From Planctomycetota bacterium (GTDB lineage: Bacteria > Planctomycetota > Phycisphaerae > SM23-33): DNA of 64,000 nt. The stretch is from NCBI GenBank assembly GCA_012729725.1, contig JAAYCO010000094.1, positions 557 through 64,556 on the forward strand, given 5' to 3'. The first letter of the stretch is position 1, and every line of letters begins with the position of its first letter. A program made the translations under genes and the position numbers. This document shows positions 11,605-19,578 of the stretch, in pieces. A model generated the notes under the pieces. That model searched no databases. It saw only the letters and a list, made by a program, of their open reading frames with translations, and was not told the origin of the DNA.

Positions 11605-12306
11605 ATGAGAAAAATGAGACTACGTGTCCGAGATGCGGCCCAGTTACTGGACGTTTCGGAAAAGACCGTCTACAGATGGATCAGCCAGAACTCGCTGCCG
11701 GTGCACCGCGTGAACGATCAGTATCGTTTCAATCGGGCCGAGCTGCTGGAGTGGGCCTCTTCTCAGCGAATCGCCGTCTCACCCAAGATGCTGGAAGAGC
11801 CGGAGGATGCGTTTATCCCGTCGCTGGCAGAGGCGATGAGGGCCGGGGGCATTCACTACCGTGTTGACGGCGCCGACAAACCCTCCGCGCTTCGTCACGT
11901 GGTTGAGGTTCTGCCGCTGCCCGAGGGTGTTGACCGCGACTTCTTGTTGCAGGTTCTGCTTGCCAGGGAGTCGGTCGGTTCGACCGCCATCGGAAACGGC
12001 ATAGCAATTCCTCATGTTCGCAATCCTATCACATTGCACGTGGACAAGCCGATGGTTGCCCTTACGTTCCTGGCCAACGGCATAGATTTCCAGGCGATGG
12101 ACGGCAAGCCGGTGAACACGCTGTTCACGATAATCAGCCCGACGATCAAGGCGCACCTCAACTTGTTGTCTAAGCTGGCCTACGGCCTCAAAGGCTCCGC
12201 CTTTGCCGATGCCGTGAAGGCGCAGGATTCGCGCGACGAGCTTTTCCGATGTGCGGCGGACCTGGACCAGCAGATAGCCTCAGCCATGCCGGAAACAGGA
12301 AAGTGA
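11605..12306 (+). CDS. Two-domain regulator: an excisionase/MerR-type HTH fused to a PTS EIIA type-2 (fructose/PtsN-like) domain
   Basis: LLDVSEKTVYRWISQNSLPVHRVNDQYRFNRAELLEW is the HTH. ARESVGSTAIGNGIAIPHVRNP is the EIIA-2 phosphorylatable-His motif. Its stop at 12304-12306 is 1 nt before the next ATG at 12308. Confidence 0.75.
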   Translation: MRKMRLRVRDAAQLLDVSEKTVYRWISQNSLPVHRVNDQYRFNRAELLEWASSQRIAVSPKMLEEPEDAFIPSLAEAMRAGGIHYRVDGADKPSALRHVVEVLPLPEGVDRDFLLQVLLARESVGSTAIGNGIAIPHVRNPITLHVDKPMVALTFLANGIDFQAMDGKPVNTLFTIISPTIKAHLNLLSKLAYGLKGSAFADAVKAQDSRDELFRCAADLDQQIASAMPETGK

Positions 12307-12307
12307 G

Positions 12308-14290
12308 ATGAGTCCCATCCTGTTATCCGCAGCCGTGTGCTTTCTCCTGGCGGGAGCGGTTCTCTGCGCGATGCTCTCTCGCGCGAAGGCCGCCAACGCC
12401 ATCGGCGGCATAGTCGCGGTAGTTGGCGCAGCGGTGGCGATTGCCTCAGCCGTACATGCCTTGCAGACAGGCGATGAGACGCTGCAACTGCCGTGGAGCG
12501 TTCCGTTTGGCAGCTTCCACATTTCCATAGACGGCCTCAGCGCGTTCTTCATTCTTGCGATTTCGGCGGTCTGCGCCTTGGGCGGGGTGTACGGGGTATC
12601 TTACCTGCGGCACTACAAGGGCAAGAATCTTGGCGCGTCGTGGTTCTTCTTCAACCTGCTGTTCGCGTCGATGCTTATGGTGGTTACCGCGTGGAATGCG
12701 GTTCTTTTTCTAGCTGCCTGGGAGGTGATGTCGCTTTCGTCATTCTTCCTTGTGACATTTGAGCACGAGCGCCAGGAGGTTCGCAAAGCCGGCTGGGTTT
12801 ACCTGATATCGGCGCATGTGGGCATGGCGTGTCTTCTGGCGATGTTCATCCTGCTGGGTGGCCAGAATCAGGTTATGGATTTCGATCAACTGGCTCTTCC
12901 TCCGGGCGTCAGTGCCGCCGCCATCTTTCTGCTTGCGGTTGTCGGGTTTGGCGCGAAGGCCGGCATTTGTCCGATGCACGTCTGGTTGCCCGACGCGCAC
13001 CCCGCGGCGCCCTCGCACGTTTCGGCCGTCATGAGCGGCGTGATGATCAAGACCGGCATATACGGCATTCTGAGGACGCTGACGTTTTTGGGATCGCCCG
13101 CATCCTGGCCGGGGTGGTGGGGGTGGACTCTGCTTGTCGCCGGGGCTATCACCGGCGTCGTGGGCATTCTTTTCGCCTTGGCGCAGCACGACATGAAGCG
13201 CGTGCTTGCTTATTCCAGTATCGAGAATGTCGGCGTGATCTGTCTGGGACTCGGCCTGTGGATGATCGGCTCAGCAGGCGGCAACACGATTATCGCCGCA
13301 TTGGGCCTGATAGGGGCGCTTCTGCATGTATGGAACCATGCGATTTTCAAGAGCCTGATGTTCCTTGGCGCCGGGGCTGTTGTCCACGCCACAGGAACTC
13401 GAAACATCGAGCAGCTTGGCGGCCTGCTCAAGCCGATGAAGCACACTGGCGTTGCATTTGCGATTGGCTCCATCGCCATCTGCGGGCTGCCTCCGTTCAA
13501 TGGCTTTGTTGGCGAGTTTCTGATCTACGCATCCGCTTTTGGCGGCATCGTGGGCCTGGGGGGCTCAGCGCCCATAGCCTGCCTGCTGGCGATTGCCGCT
13601 CTGGCTCTGATAGGTGGTTTGGCTGCGGTGTGTTTCACCAGGCTCTTCGGCATTATGTTCCTTGGCGAGCCTCGCAGCGAGGTGGCTCGTCATGCTCACG
13701 AGGCGGGCGTTTCGATGCGGGTAGTGCTTTGGATTCTGGCTGGGGCGTGCGTGCTTGTGGGCCTCGTCGGACCGCTCGTTGCGGGCGTTGCGGCTCTTGC
13801 CGCCGAAGATCTTCTGCCCTCAACCGGCCTTGATATCGGGCCGAGTCTTGGCCTGCTGTGGCGCATCAGCGGCGCCTCGGCTGGGCTAATTGTGTTCGCT
13901 GGGGCGTTCTGGCTGCTGCGGCGACGGCTGCATGCCGGCCGGCCAATTGAAAAAGCCGGAACATGGGATTGCGGTTACGCCGAGCCTACTTCTCGAATGC
14001 AGTACACGGCGTCTTCATTCTCCTGGCCGGTGATCGACATGTTCCGCCATGTATTGCGCCCGACGCTCACTCGTCAGTTGCCATCGGGGCCCTTCCCCGG
14101 CAGGGCGCACCTGACCAGCCGGACGCATGACATCTTCATGCGATTCTTCTACGTGCCGCTGTTCGCCATGGCGCAGCGCCTGGGCCAGAGCTTGCGGTGG
14201 GTTCAACACGGCCGCAACCAGGTGTACGTGCTGTACATCGCAGTCACGCTGCTGGCGCTGCTGCTGTGGAAGCTGGGGACGGAGCAATGA
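12308..14290 (+). CDS. Hydrogenase-4 component B-like / NuoL-MrpA-type antiporter-like membrane subunit, 660 aa
   Basis: About 15 TM helices with the NuoL/HyfB core (WLPDAHPAAPSHVSAVMSGVMIKTGIYG, YSSIENVGVI). Length matches HyfB. Confidence 0.85.
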   Translation: MSPILLSAAVCFLLAGAVLCAMLSRAKAANAIGGIVAVVGAAVAIASAVHALQTGDETLQLPWSVPFGSFHISIDGLSAFFILAISAVCALGGVYGVSYLRHYKGKNLGASWFFFNLLFASMLMVVTAWNAVLFLAAWEVMSLSSFFLVTFEHERQEVRKAGWVYLISAHVGMACLLAMFILLGGQNQVMDFDQLALPPGVSAAAIFLLAVVGFGAKAGICPMHVWLPDAHPAAPSHVSAVMSGVMIKTGIYGILRTLTFLGSPASWPGWWGWTLLVAGAITGVVGILFALAQHDMKRVLAYSSIENVGVICLGLGLWMIGSAGGNTIIAALGLIGALLHVWNHAIFKSLMFLGAGAVVHATGTRNIEQLGGLLKPMKHTGVAFAIGSIAICGLPPFNGFVGEFLIYASAFGGIVGLGGSAPIACLLAIAALALIGGLAAVCFTRLFGIMFLGEPRSEVARHAHEAGVSMRVVLWILAGACVLVGLVGPLVAGVAALAAEDLLPSTGLDIGPSLGLLWRISGASAGLIVFAGAFWLLRRRLHAGRPIEKAGTWDCGYAEPTSRMQYTASSFSWPVIDMFRHVLRPTLTRQLPSGPFPGRAHLTSRTHDIFMRFFYVPLFAMAQRLGQSLRWVQHGRNQVYVLYIAVTLLALLLWKLGTEQ

Positions 14291-15201
14291 TTATCCTGGC
14301 ATCAATAATCCACGTGGTGTTGGCGCTGTCGTTGTCGCCTCTGCTGATCGGCGTGATCAACCGGGTTAAGGCGAAATTTGCCGGCAGGCGGGGCCGGCCT
14401 CTGTTGCAGCTCTATTACGACCTCTGGAAGCTGCTTCACAAGGGCGCGGTCTACAGCACAACGACAACCTGGGTGTTCAGAACAGGCCCGCTGGTTGGCA
14501 TAAGCGCCGTGCTTGTTGCGATAAGTCTTGTTCCGCTTGGAAGAGTGCCTGCGCTGGCTGCCTTTGACGGCGATATCATTCTCCTTGCATACGTTCTGGG
14601 CCTGATGCGTTTCATGACGGTGCTGGCTGCTCTTGACACGGGTTCCGCGTTCGAGGGAATGGGCGCGGGAAGAGAAGTGCAGTTCTCGCTTCTGGCCGAG
14701 CCTGCGCTGCTGCTTGGCGTTGGCGCTCTTTCCATCAGCACCGGAGACTGGAGCCTTTCGGGCATATATGGTTCGCTGTTTGCGGACGGCCTGGCCGCTG
14801 TTGCCCCCACGGCTGTGATGGTCGCCGCAAGCCTGCTGATCATCCTGCTTGCCGAGAACTCGCGCATTCCAGTTGACGATCCAAACACTCACCTTGAACT
14901 GACGATGATTCACGAGGTTATGGTGCTGGACCATGGCGGCGTTGACCTGGCGTTCATTCAGTATGCCGCAGCCCTGAAGCTGTGGGTGTTCTGCGCCCTG
15001 TTCGTCGGCGTTGCTTTGCCTTTGCAGATGCACTGGCCGCTGGTGGATCTTGCCTTCGGTATGGCAGGGGTGTTCATCGTCGCTATGGTCATCGGGGTGA
15101 TCGAGAGCACCATGGCAAGGCTAAGGCTTCTTCGCGTGCCGCAGATGCTCGTTGTCTCGGCGGTGCTGGCGATGATCGCCGTCCTATGGGCGTTGAGGTA
15201 A
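14287..15201 (+). CDS. HyfC/HycD/NuoH-like membrane subunit
   Basis: MIILASIIHVVLALSLSPLLIGVINRVKAKFAGRRGRPLLQLYYDLWKL is a NuoH/HycD-type N-terminus. The ATGA overlap with the upstream stop indicates coupling. Confidence 0.85.
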   Translation: MIILASIIHVVLALSLSPLLIGVINRVKAKFAGRRGRPLLQLYYDLWKLLHKGAVYSTTTTWVFRTGPLVGISAVLVAISLVPLGRVPALAAFDGDIILLAYVLGLMRFMTVLAALDTGSAFEGMGAGREVQFSLLAEPALLLGVGALSISTGDWSLSGIYGSLFADGLAAVAPTAVMVAASLLIILLAENSRIPVDDPNTHLELTMIHEVMVLDHGGVDLAFIQYAAALKLWVFCALFVGVALPLQMHWPLVDLAFGMAGVFIVAMVIGVIESTMARLRLLRVPQMLVVSAVLAMIAVLWALR

Positions 15202-15205
15202 TGCT

Positions 15206-15853
15206 ATGTCGATCCTGACTGACTTGCTGATGATGCTGCTGGTGTTGACGAACCTGCGGATGCTTGCCTCCAGCCGGGTCGCCGTGTGCATTCAGAACGT
15301 GGCGATTCAGGCGGTGGTGCTTGGCGCCATTACGTTCAGCTTGTCGGCGCACGCCGCCATAGCCGCCGGCGTGATAGTCGTGGCGATATCCACAGTGGCT
15401 GTAAAGGGCCTGGTGCTTCCCTGGCTGTTGCGACGGGCGATGAAGGGGGCCGGCATCGGCAGGGAGATCGAGCCGTTTGTTGGCTATGCGTCTTCCGTGC
15501 TGATCGGAGCAGTGCTTCTTGGCCTGTGTTTCGTGATAGCCCGGCCGCTCCGGGACACGTCGCACGCCGGGGCTTCAATGCTGATACCCGTGGCGATGTT
15601 CACCATCCTGACCGGCTTGTTCATCATCATCTCGCGACGCAAGGCGCTTACGCAGGTTCTGGGCTATCTGACGATGGAGAACGGCGTGTGCGTTTTTGGC
15701 GTGTCGCTGGCTGTGGAGGAGCCGTTGCTTGTGGAGATGGGCATCCTGCTGGATGTTCTGGTGGGCGTGTTTGTCATGGGCATTGTGATCCACCAGATCA
15801 ATCGCGAATTCGACCACATAGACACCGACCGACTGTCGGTTCTAAAGGACTGA
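15206..15853 (+). CDS. HyfE-like small membrane subunit, 215 aa
   Basis: Size, all-helical membrane character and position between the HyfC- and HyfF-like genes all fit. Confidence 0.65.
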   Translation: MSILTDLLMMLLVLTNLRMLASSRVAVCIQNVAIQAVVLGAITFSLSAHAAIAAGVIVVAISTVAVKGLVLPWLLRRAMKGAGIGREIEPFVGYASSVLIGAVLLGLCFVIARPLRDTSHAGASMLIPVAMFTILTGLFIIISRRKALTQVLGYLTMENGVCVFGVSLAVEEPLLVEMGILLDVLVGVFVMGIVIHQINREFDHIDTDRLSVLKD

Positions 15854-15857
15854 GCGA

Positions 15858-17318
15858 ATGCTACTTGCCGTCGTGCTGATTCCTGCTGTGGCGGGTCTTG
15901 CGGTGATGGCGCCGTTTGTGAAACGCCTGCGCCTGGCGGTTCTGCTGCTTGCAGCGGTTGGTCACGCATCAGCCGTCGCATGGATATGCAGCAGGCCGCT
16001 TGCCGACAACAACGCGGATGCGTGGATCGCCCTGGACGCGCCGGGCCGCCTCTTCCTGGCTATCACAAGCATCCTGTTTCTGGCGGCGGCGACATATGCG
16101 ATAGGCTATCTCCGAAACGAGGAAAACCGCACCACCAAGGACGCCGAGGAAGGCTTCCTCTTTCGCAACGAGCCCATGAACATTTTCATCGGCTGCCTGC
16201 TGCTGTTCCTGGCGACGATGAGCCTGGTGTGCATCAGCCAGCACCTGGGGCTTCTATGGGTGGCCGTCGAAGCCACCACGCTGGTAAGCGCGCCGCTCAT
16301 CAGCTTTCACCGTCACCATCGCAGCCTTGAGGCAACGTGGAAGTATCTGCTGATATGCTCCGTGGGCATTGCGTTGGCGCTGCTGGGCATTTTCTTCATC
16401 GCGGCGGCCGGGCAAGGCGTTGTTCATGGCATGAACATACACGCCTTGACGAAAGCCGCCGGCAAGATGGACCCCGTGTGGCTCAAGGCGGCGTTCATAT
16501 TGCTGATTGTCGGATACGGCACGAAAATGGGCCTTGCGCCCATGCACAACTGGCTGCCGGACGCTCACAGCGAATCGCCTTCGCTTGTCTCGGCGTTGCT
16601 TTCGGGCGCTCTGCTCAACTGCGCTTTTCTGGGCCTGCTTCGCGGCCAGATGGTTATGTCCGCGGCGGGGCTTGGCGAGTTCAGCGGCGGGTTGCTTGTG
16701 CTGCTGGGCCTTCTGTCCATGATCGTCGCGGCGGTGTTCATGATCCGCCAGAGCGATTACAAGCGGCTTTTAGCGTATTCCAGCGTTGAACACATGGGCA
16801 TTCTTGCAATTGGAGCCGGACTTGGCGGATTGGCTGCCACAGGCGCCATGCTTCACGCGGTGAATCATTCCTTCACCAAGGGGATGCTGTTTCTGGTTGC
16901 GGGAAATCTGCTGGCGGCCCATCGCACAAAGAATATTCATGAAGTGCGCGGCGTGCTGACAACCCTGCCAATTACAGGCTGCCTTTGGGTAGGCGGCTTT
17001 CTGGCTATCACGGGGGCTCCGCCGTTTGGCATGTTCATCAGTGAATTGACCATCCTGAAGGGCGCCTTGCAGGGCGGGCACATTGTGGTGGGTGTTGTTT
17101 ATCTCGCAGCTTTGGCTGTCATTTTCATATCCATGGCCCGGTTGATGCCGCCGATGGCGTTTGGAATTCCGGCGGCCCAGATCAAGACCAAAGAGCCGCT
17201 CTGGGCGGTTGCGCCTCCGTTGGCGCTTGGGTTGGTTGTGCTGACCATGGGACTGTACGTGCCGGAATCGCTGTGGAACGCCCTTCGAGCCGCGGCCGGC
17301 GCAATTGGAGCAAACTGA
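15858..17318 (+). CDS. HyfF/NuoN-like antiporter-like membrane subunit
   Basis: The NuoM/N family core is present: WLPDAHSESPSLVSALLSGALLN and YSSVEHMGILAIG. Confidence 0.85.
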   Translation: MLLAVVLIPAVAGLAVMAPFVKRLRLAVLLLAAVGHASAVAWICSRPLADNNADAWIALDAPGRLFLAITSILFLAAATYAIGYLRNEENRTTKDAEEGFLFRNEPMNIFIGCLLLFLATMSLVCISQHLGLLWVAVEATTLVSAPLISFHRHHRSLEATWKYLLICSVGIALALLGIFFIAAAGQGVVHGMNIHALTKAAGKMDPVWLKAAFILLIVGYGTKMGLAPMHNWLPDAHSESPSLVSALLSGALLNCAFLGLLRGQMVMSAAGLGEFSGGLLVLLGLLSMIVAAVFMIRQSDYKRLLAYSSVEHMGILAIGAGLGGLAATGAMLHAVNHSFTKGMLFLVAGNLLAAHRTKNIHEVRGVLTTLPITGCLWVGGFLAITGAPPFGMFISELTILKGALQGGHIVVGVVYLAALAVIFISMARLMPPMAFGIPAAQIKTKEPLWAVAPPLALGLVVLTMGLYVPESLWNALRAAAGAIGAN

Positions 17319-17319
17319 G

Positions 17320-18798
17320 ATGTCCGCTGAGCATCCGGCAATTATCCGAAACGCGCAGGTGGCCGATCTTGAGGCATGTCCGTGCATGTCGGCGGGAGAC
17401 TTTCGCCAGACTCTATGCGCCCGCGTGTCGGCAGGGGCAAGGCTTTCGGCGCTGTTCGCCCGGCGAAAGGCGGGGGAATCCGGCGGCAGGCTATATGCCG
17501 TGCTGGCAATGCCGGGCTCGAACAACCTGGGCCTGCTTTGCTGCGACGTGGGCGATTCATACCCTTCAATAACCGGCGATTGTCCCGCGGCTCATTGGTT
17601 CGAGCGCGAAATCGCCGAGCGTGCGGGAATTCGCCCTGAAGGCCACCCGTGGCTCAAACCTGTTCGCTTTGCTGGCAAAGATGTTGGATTGACCGACTTC
17701 TACCGCATGGACGGCAATGAAGTGCATGAAGTCGCAGTCGGCCCGGTTCACGCCGGCGTTATAGAGCCCGGCCACTTCAGGTTCCAATGTCATGGCGAAA
17801 CCGTGCACCATCTTGAGATATCGCTTGGCTACCAGCATCGCGGCATAGAAGATGCATTAATCGGCGGCCCTGACGCCAGAACGATTCATTACATAGAGCC
17901 CCTTGCCGGCGACACCACCATCGGACATGCCACTGCGTACGCAATGGCGATCGAGGCGTTGGGCGGCTCGAGGCCTTCGGCGCGGGCGCACGCCATTCGC
18001 GCCATCGCCGCCGAGTTGGAACGTCTTGCGAACCACATCGGCGACCTGGGCGCGCTTGCGGGAGATGTGGGCTTCCTTCCGACCATGAGTTACTGCGGCA
18101 GGATTCGCGGCGACGTGTTGAACTGCACGGGCGTCTTGTGCGGCAACCGCTTCGGCAGACGCCTGGTTGTGCCGGGCGGAATTATGCACGATCTTGACGA
18201 GCGGTTGTGCAAGGATCTGCTGGATCGGCTTGAAAGCATAGAGCGGGATGCAACCGATGCGATCGAACTGATGTTCAACGCGCCATCGGTCCTGGCCAGG
18301 TTCGAAGGCGCCGGCACGGTCAGCCATGAGCTGGCGAACCAACTGGGCCTCGTCGGCGTCGCGGCCCGAGCAAGCGACATCGAGTACGACGTGAGACGCG
18401 AATTCCCCTACGGCATCTACCAGTTCACGCAGATGCCGATATGCACGTGGTCCACCGGCGACTGTTTCGCAAGGGCGTATGTGCGGTGGCTCGAGGCGAA
18501 ACAATCGTTCGCCTTTGTGCGAGAGCACCTGCGGTCGCTGCCGGCGGGCGCGACGCGCCAAGGCGTTGGCGAACTTGCCGCGGGCAAGATTGTCGTCGCG
18601 CTGGTTGAAGGCTGGCGCGGCGAGATATGCCACGTCGTCGGGACCGACCAGAGCGGGAGGTTTGCGTTCTATAAGATCGTAGATCCTTCGTTCCATAACT
18701 GGTTCGGGCTGGCCATGGCATTACGAGAGCAGCAGATCTCTGACTTCCCGTTGTGCAACAAGAGTTTCAATTTGTCCTACTGCGGCCACGACTTGTAG
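17320..18798 (+). CDS. HyfG/HycE-like NuoC-NuoD fusion. It is a group-4 hydrogenase large-subunit homologue lacking all four [NiFe]-ligating cysteines.
   Basis: The NuoC part carries AHWFEREIAERAGIRPEGHPWLKP. The NuoD/large-subunit part carries GPVHAGVIEPGHFRFQCHGETV and IGYQHRGIE. Where the N-terminal RxCGxCxxxH should be, the sequence reads PLAGDTTIGHATAY. The C-terminal DPCxxC position reads VDPSFHNW. Track start 17305 is a TTG inside the upstream gene; the ATG at 17320 has a GGAG SD. Confidence 0.85.
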   Translation: MSAEHPAIIRNAQVADLEACPCMSAGDFRQTLCARVSAGARLSALFARRKAGESGGRLYAVLAMPGSNNLGLLCCDVGDSYPSITGDCPAAHWFEREIAERAGIRPEGHPWLKPVRFAGKDVGLTDFYRMDGNEVHEVAVGPVHAGVIEPGHFRFQCHGETVHHLEISLGYQHRGIEDALIGGPDARTIHYIEPLAGDTTIGHATAYAMAIEALGGSRPSARAHAIRAIAAELERLANHIGDLGALAGDVGFLPTMSYCGRIRGDVLNCTGVLCGNRFGRRLVVPGGIMHDLDERLCKDLLDRLESIERDATDAIELMFNAPSVLARFEGAGTVSHELANQLGLVGVAARASDIEYDVRREFPYGIYQFTQMPICTWSTGDCFARAYVRWLEAKQSFAFVREHLRSLPAGATRQGVGELAAGKIVVALVEGWRGEICHVVGTDQSGRFAFYKIVDPSFHNWFGLAMALREQQISDFPLCNKSFNLSYCGHDL

Positions 18799-18801
18799 GA
18801 C

Positions 18802-19575
18802 ATGGAGATTTGGATGTTGGGCATACTCAAATCGCGTTTGAGGCAGAAGCATCGGACGATGCTGTACCCCAAAGGCCCCGCGCCGCAACTGCCAGAGAGG
18901 TTTGTGGGCCGGCCCACAGTCGCCGCCAATAAATGTGGCGATTGCAATGTGTGTGCGGCTGCCTGTCCGGTGGGGGCTATTACAAAAGGCCCCGATGGTT
19001 GTCCCAGGATCGATACGGGCAAATGCCTGTTCTGCGGCGCATGCGAACGATCATGCGAAGGCGGGATCATTAAATTCACGTCGGAATACCGACTGGCGGC
19101 GGCCTCGCGCGACGACCTGGTTGTCGGCCCCGACTCGCCGCGGTACATGCCGGCAAGAAATGATCTGGCGGCCAGGCTGTTTGGCAAGTCGCTGAAACTG
19201 CGTCAGGTCTCGGCGGGCGGCTGCAACGCGTGCGAGGCCGATTCCAACGTCTTGTGCACGCTTGCATGGGACCTGGGCAGATTCGGCATAGACTTCGTTG
19301 CCTCCCCCCGGCACGCCGACGGCCTGCTGATAACGGGCCCGGTTACGAGGAACATGGCGCTTGCCCTTCGCAAAACGTACGACGCCGTGCCGCAGCCGAG
19401 GATTGTGATCGCGGTCGGATCATGCGCAATTAGCGGCGGTCCGTTTGCGGGCCTTAAAGAGCAAAACAATGGAGCGGCAGGGATATTGCCCGTGGATCTT
19501 TTCATCCCCGGATGTCCGCCGCACCCGCTGACGATTCTTGACGGCCTGCTGCGTTTCCTCGGCAGGGTGGAGTGA
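18802..19575 (+). CDS. Fusion of a compact 2x[4Fe-4S] ferredoxin (HyfH/NuoI-like) with a hydrogenase-type small subunit (HyfI/HycG/NuoB-like)
   Basis: CGDCNVCAAACP and CLFCGACERSCEGG are the two ferredoxin motifs. GGCNACEAD (CxxCE), VGSCAISGGPF and IPGCPPHP are the small-subunit proximal-cluster ligands. Confidence 0.8.
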   Translation: MEIWMLGILKSRLRQKHRTMLYPKGPAPQLPERFVGRPTVAANKCGDCNVCAAACPVGAITKGPDGCPRIDTGKCLFCGACERSCEGGIIKFTSEYRLAAASRDDLVVGPDSPRYMPARNDLAARLFGKSLKLRQVSAGGCNACEADSNVLCTLAWDLGRFGIDFVASPRHADGLLITGPVTRNMALALRKTYDAVPQPRIVIAVGSCAISGGPFAGLKEQNNGAAGILPVDLFIPGCPPHPLTILDGLLRFLGRVE

Positions 19576-19578
19576 CGC

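Noticed and set aside
12829-13833. 334-aa plus-strand alternate-frame ORF and other overlapping ORFs inside the HyfB-like gene
   Set aside because: It is an Arg/Gly/Cys-rich alternate-frame translation of a membrane-protein gene and is not coding.
17305-17319. Track start of the large-subunit ORF at 17305
   Set aside because: This is a TTG lying inside the last codons of the HyfF-like gene. The ATG at 17320 with a GGAG SD is a better start.
17857-18696. 279-aa minus-strand ORF antisense to the large-subunit gene, and the 405-aa plus-strand ORF 23781..24998 antisense to aroC
   Set aside because: They are mirror ORFs within strongly supported genes, with no domain content.
12308-19575. Annotating the cluster as formate hydrogenlyase or hydrogenase-4 (hyfBCEFGHI)
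   Set aside because: The large subunit lacks all four NiFe ligands. No FdhF, HycB/HyfA, HyfD/J or Hyp maturation genes accompany it. Hyf/Hyc nomenclature is used only as a homology guide.
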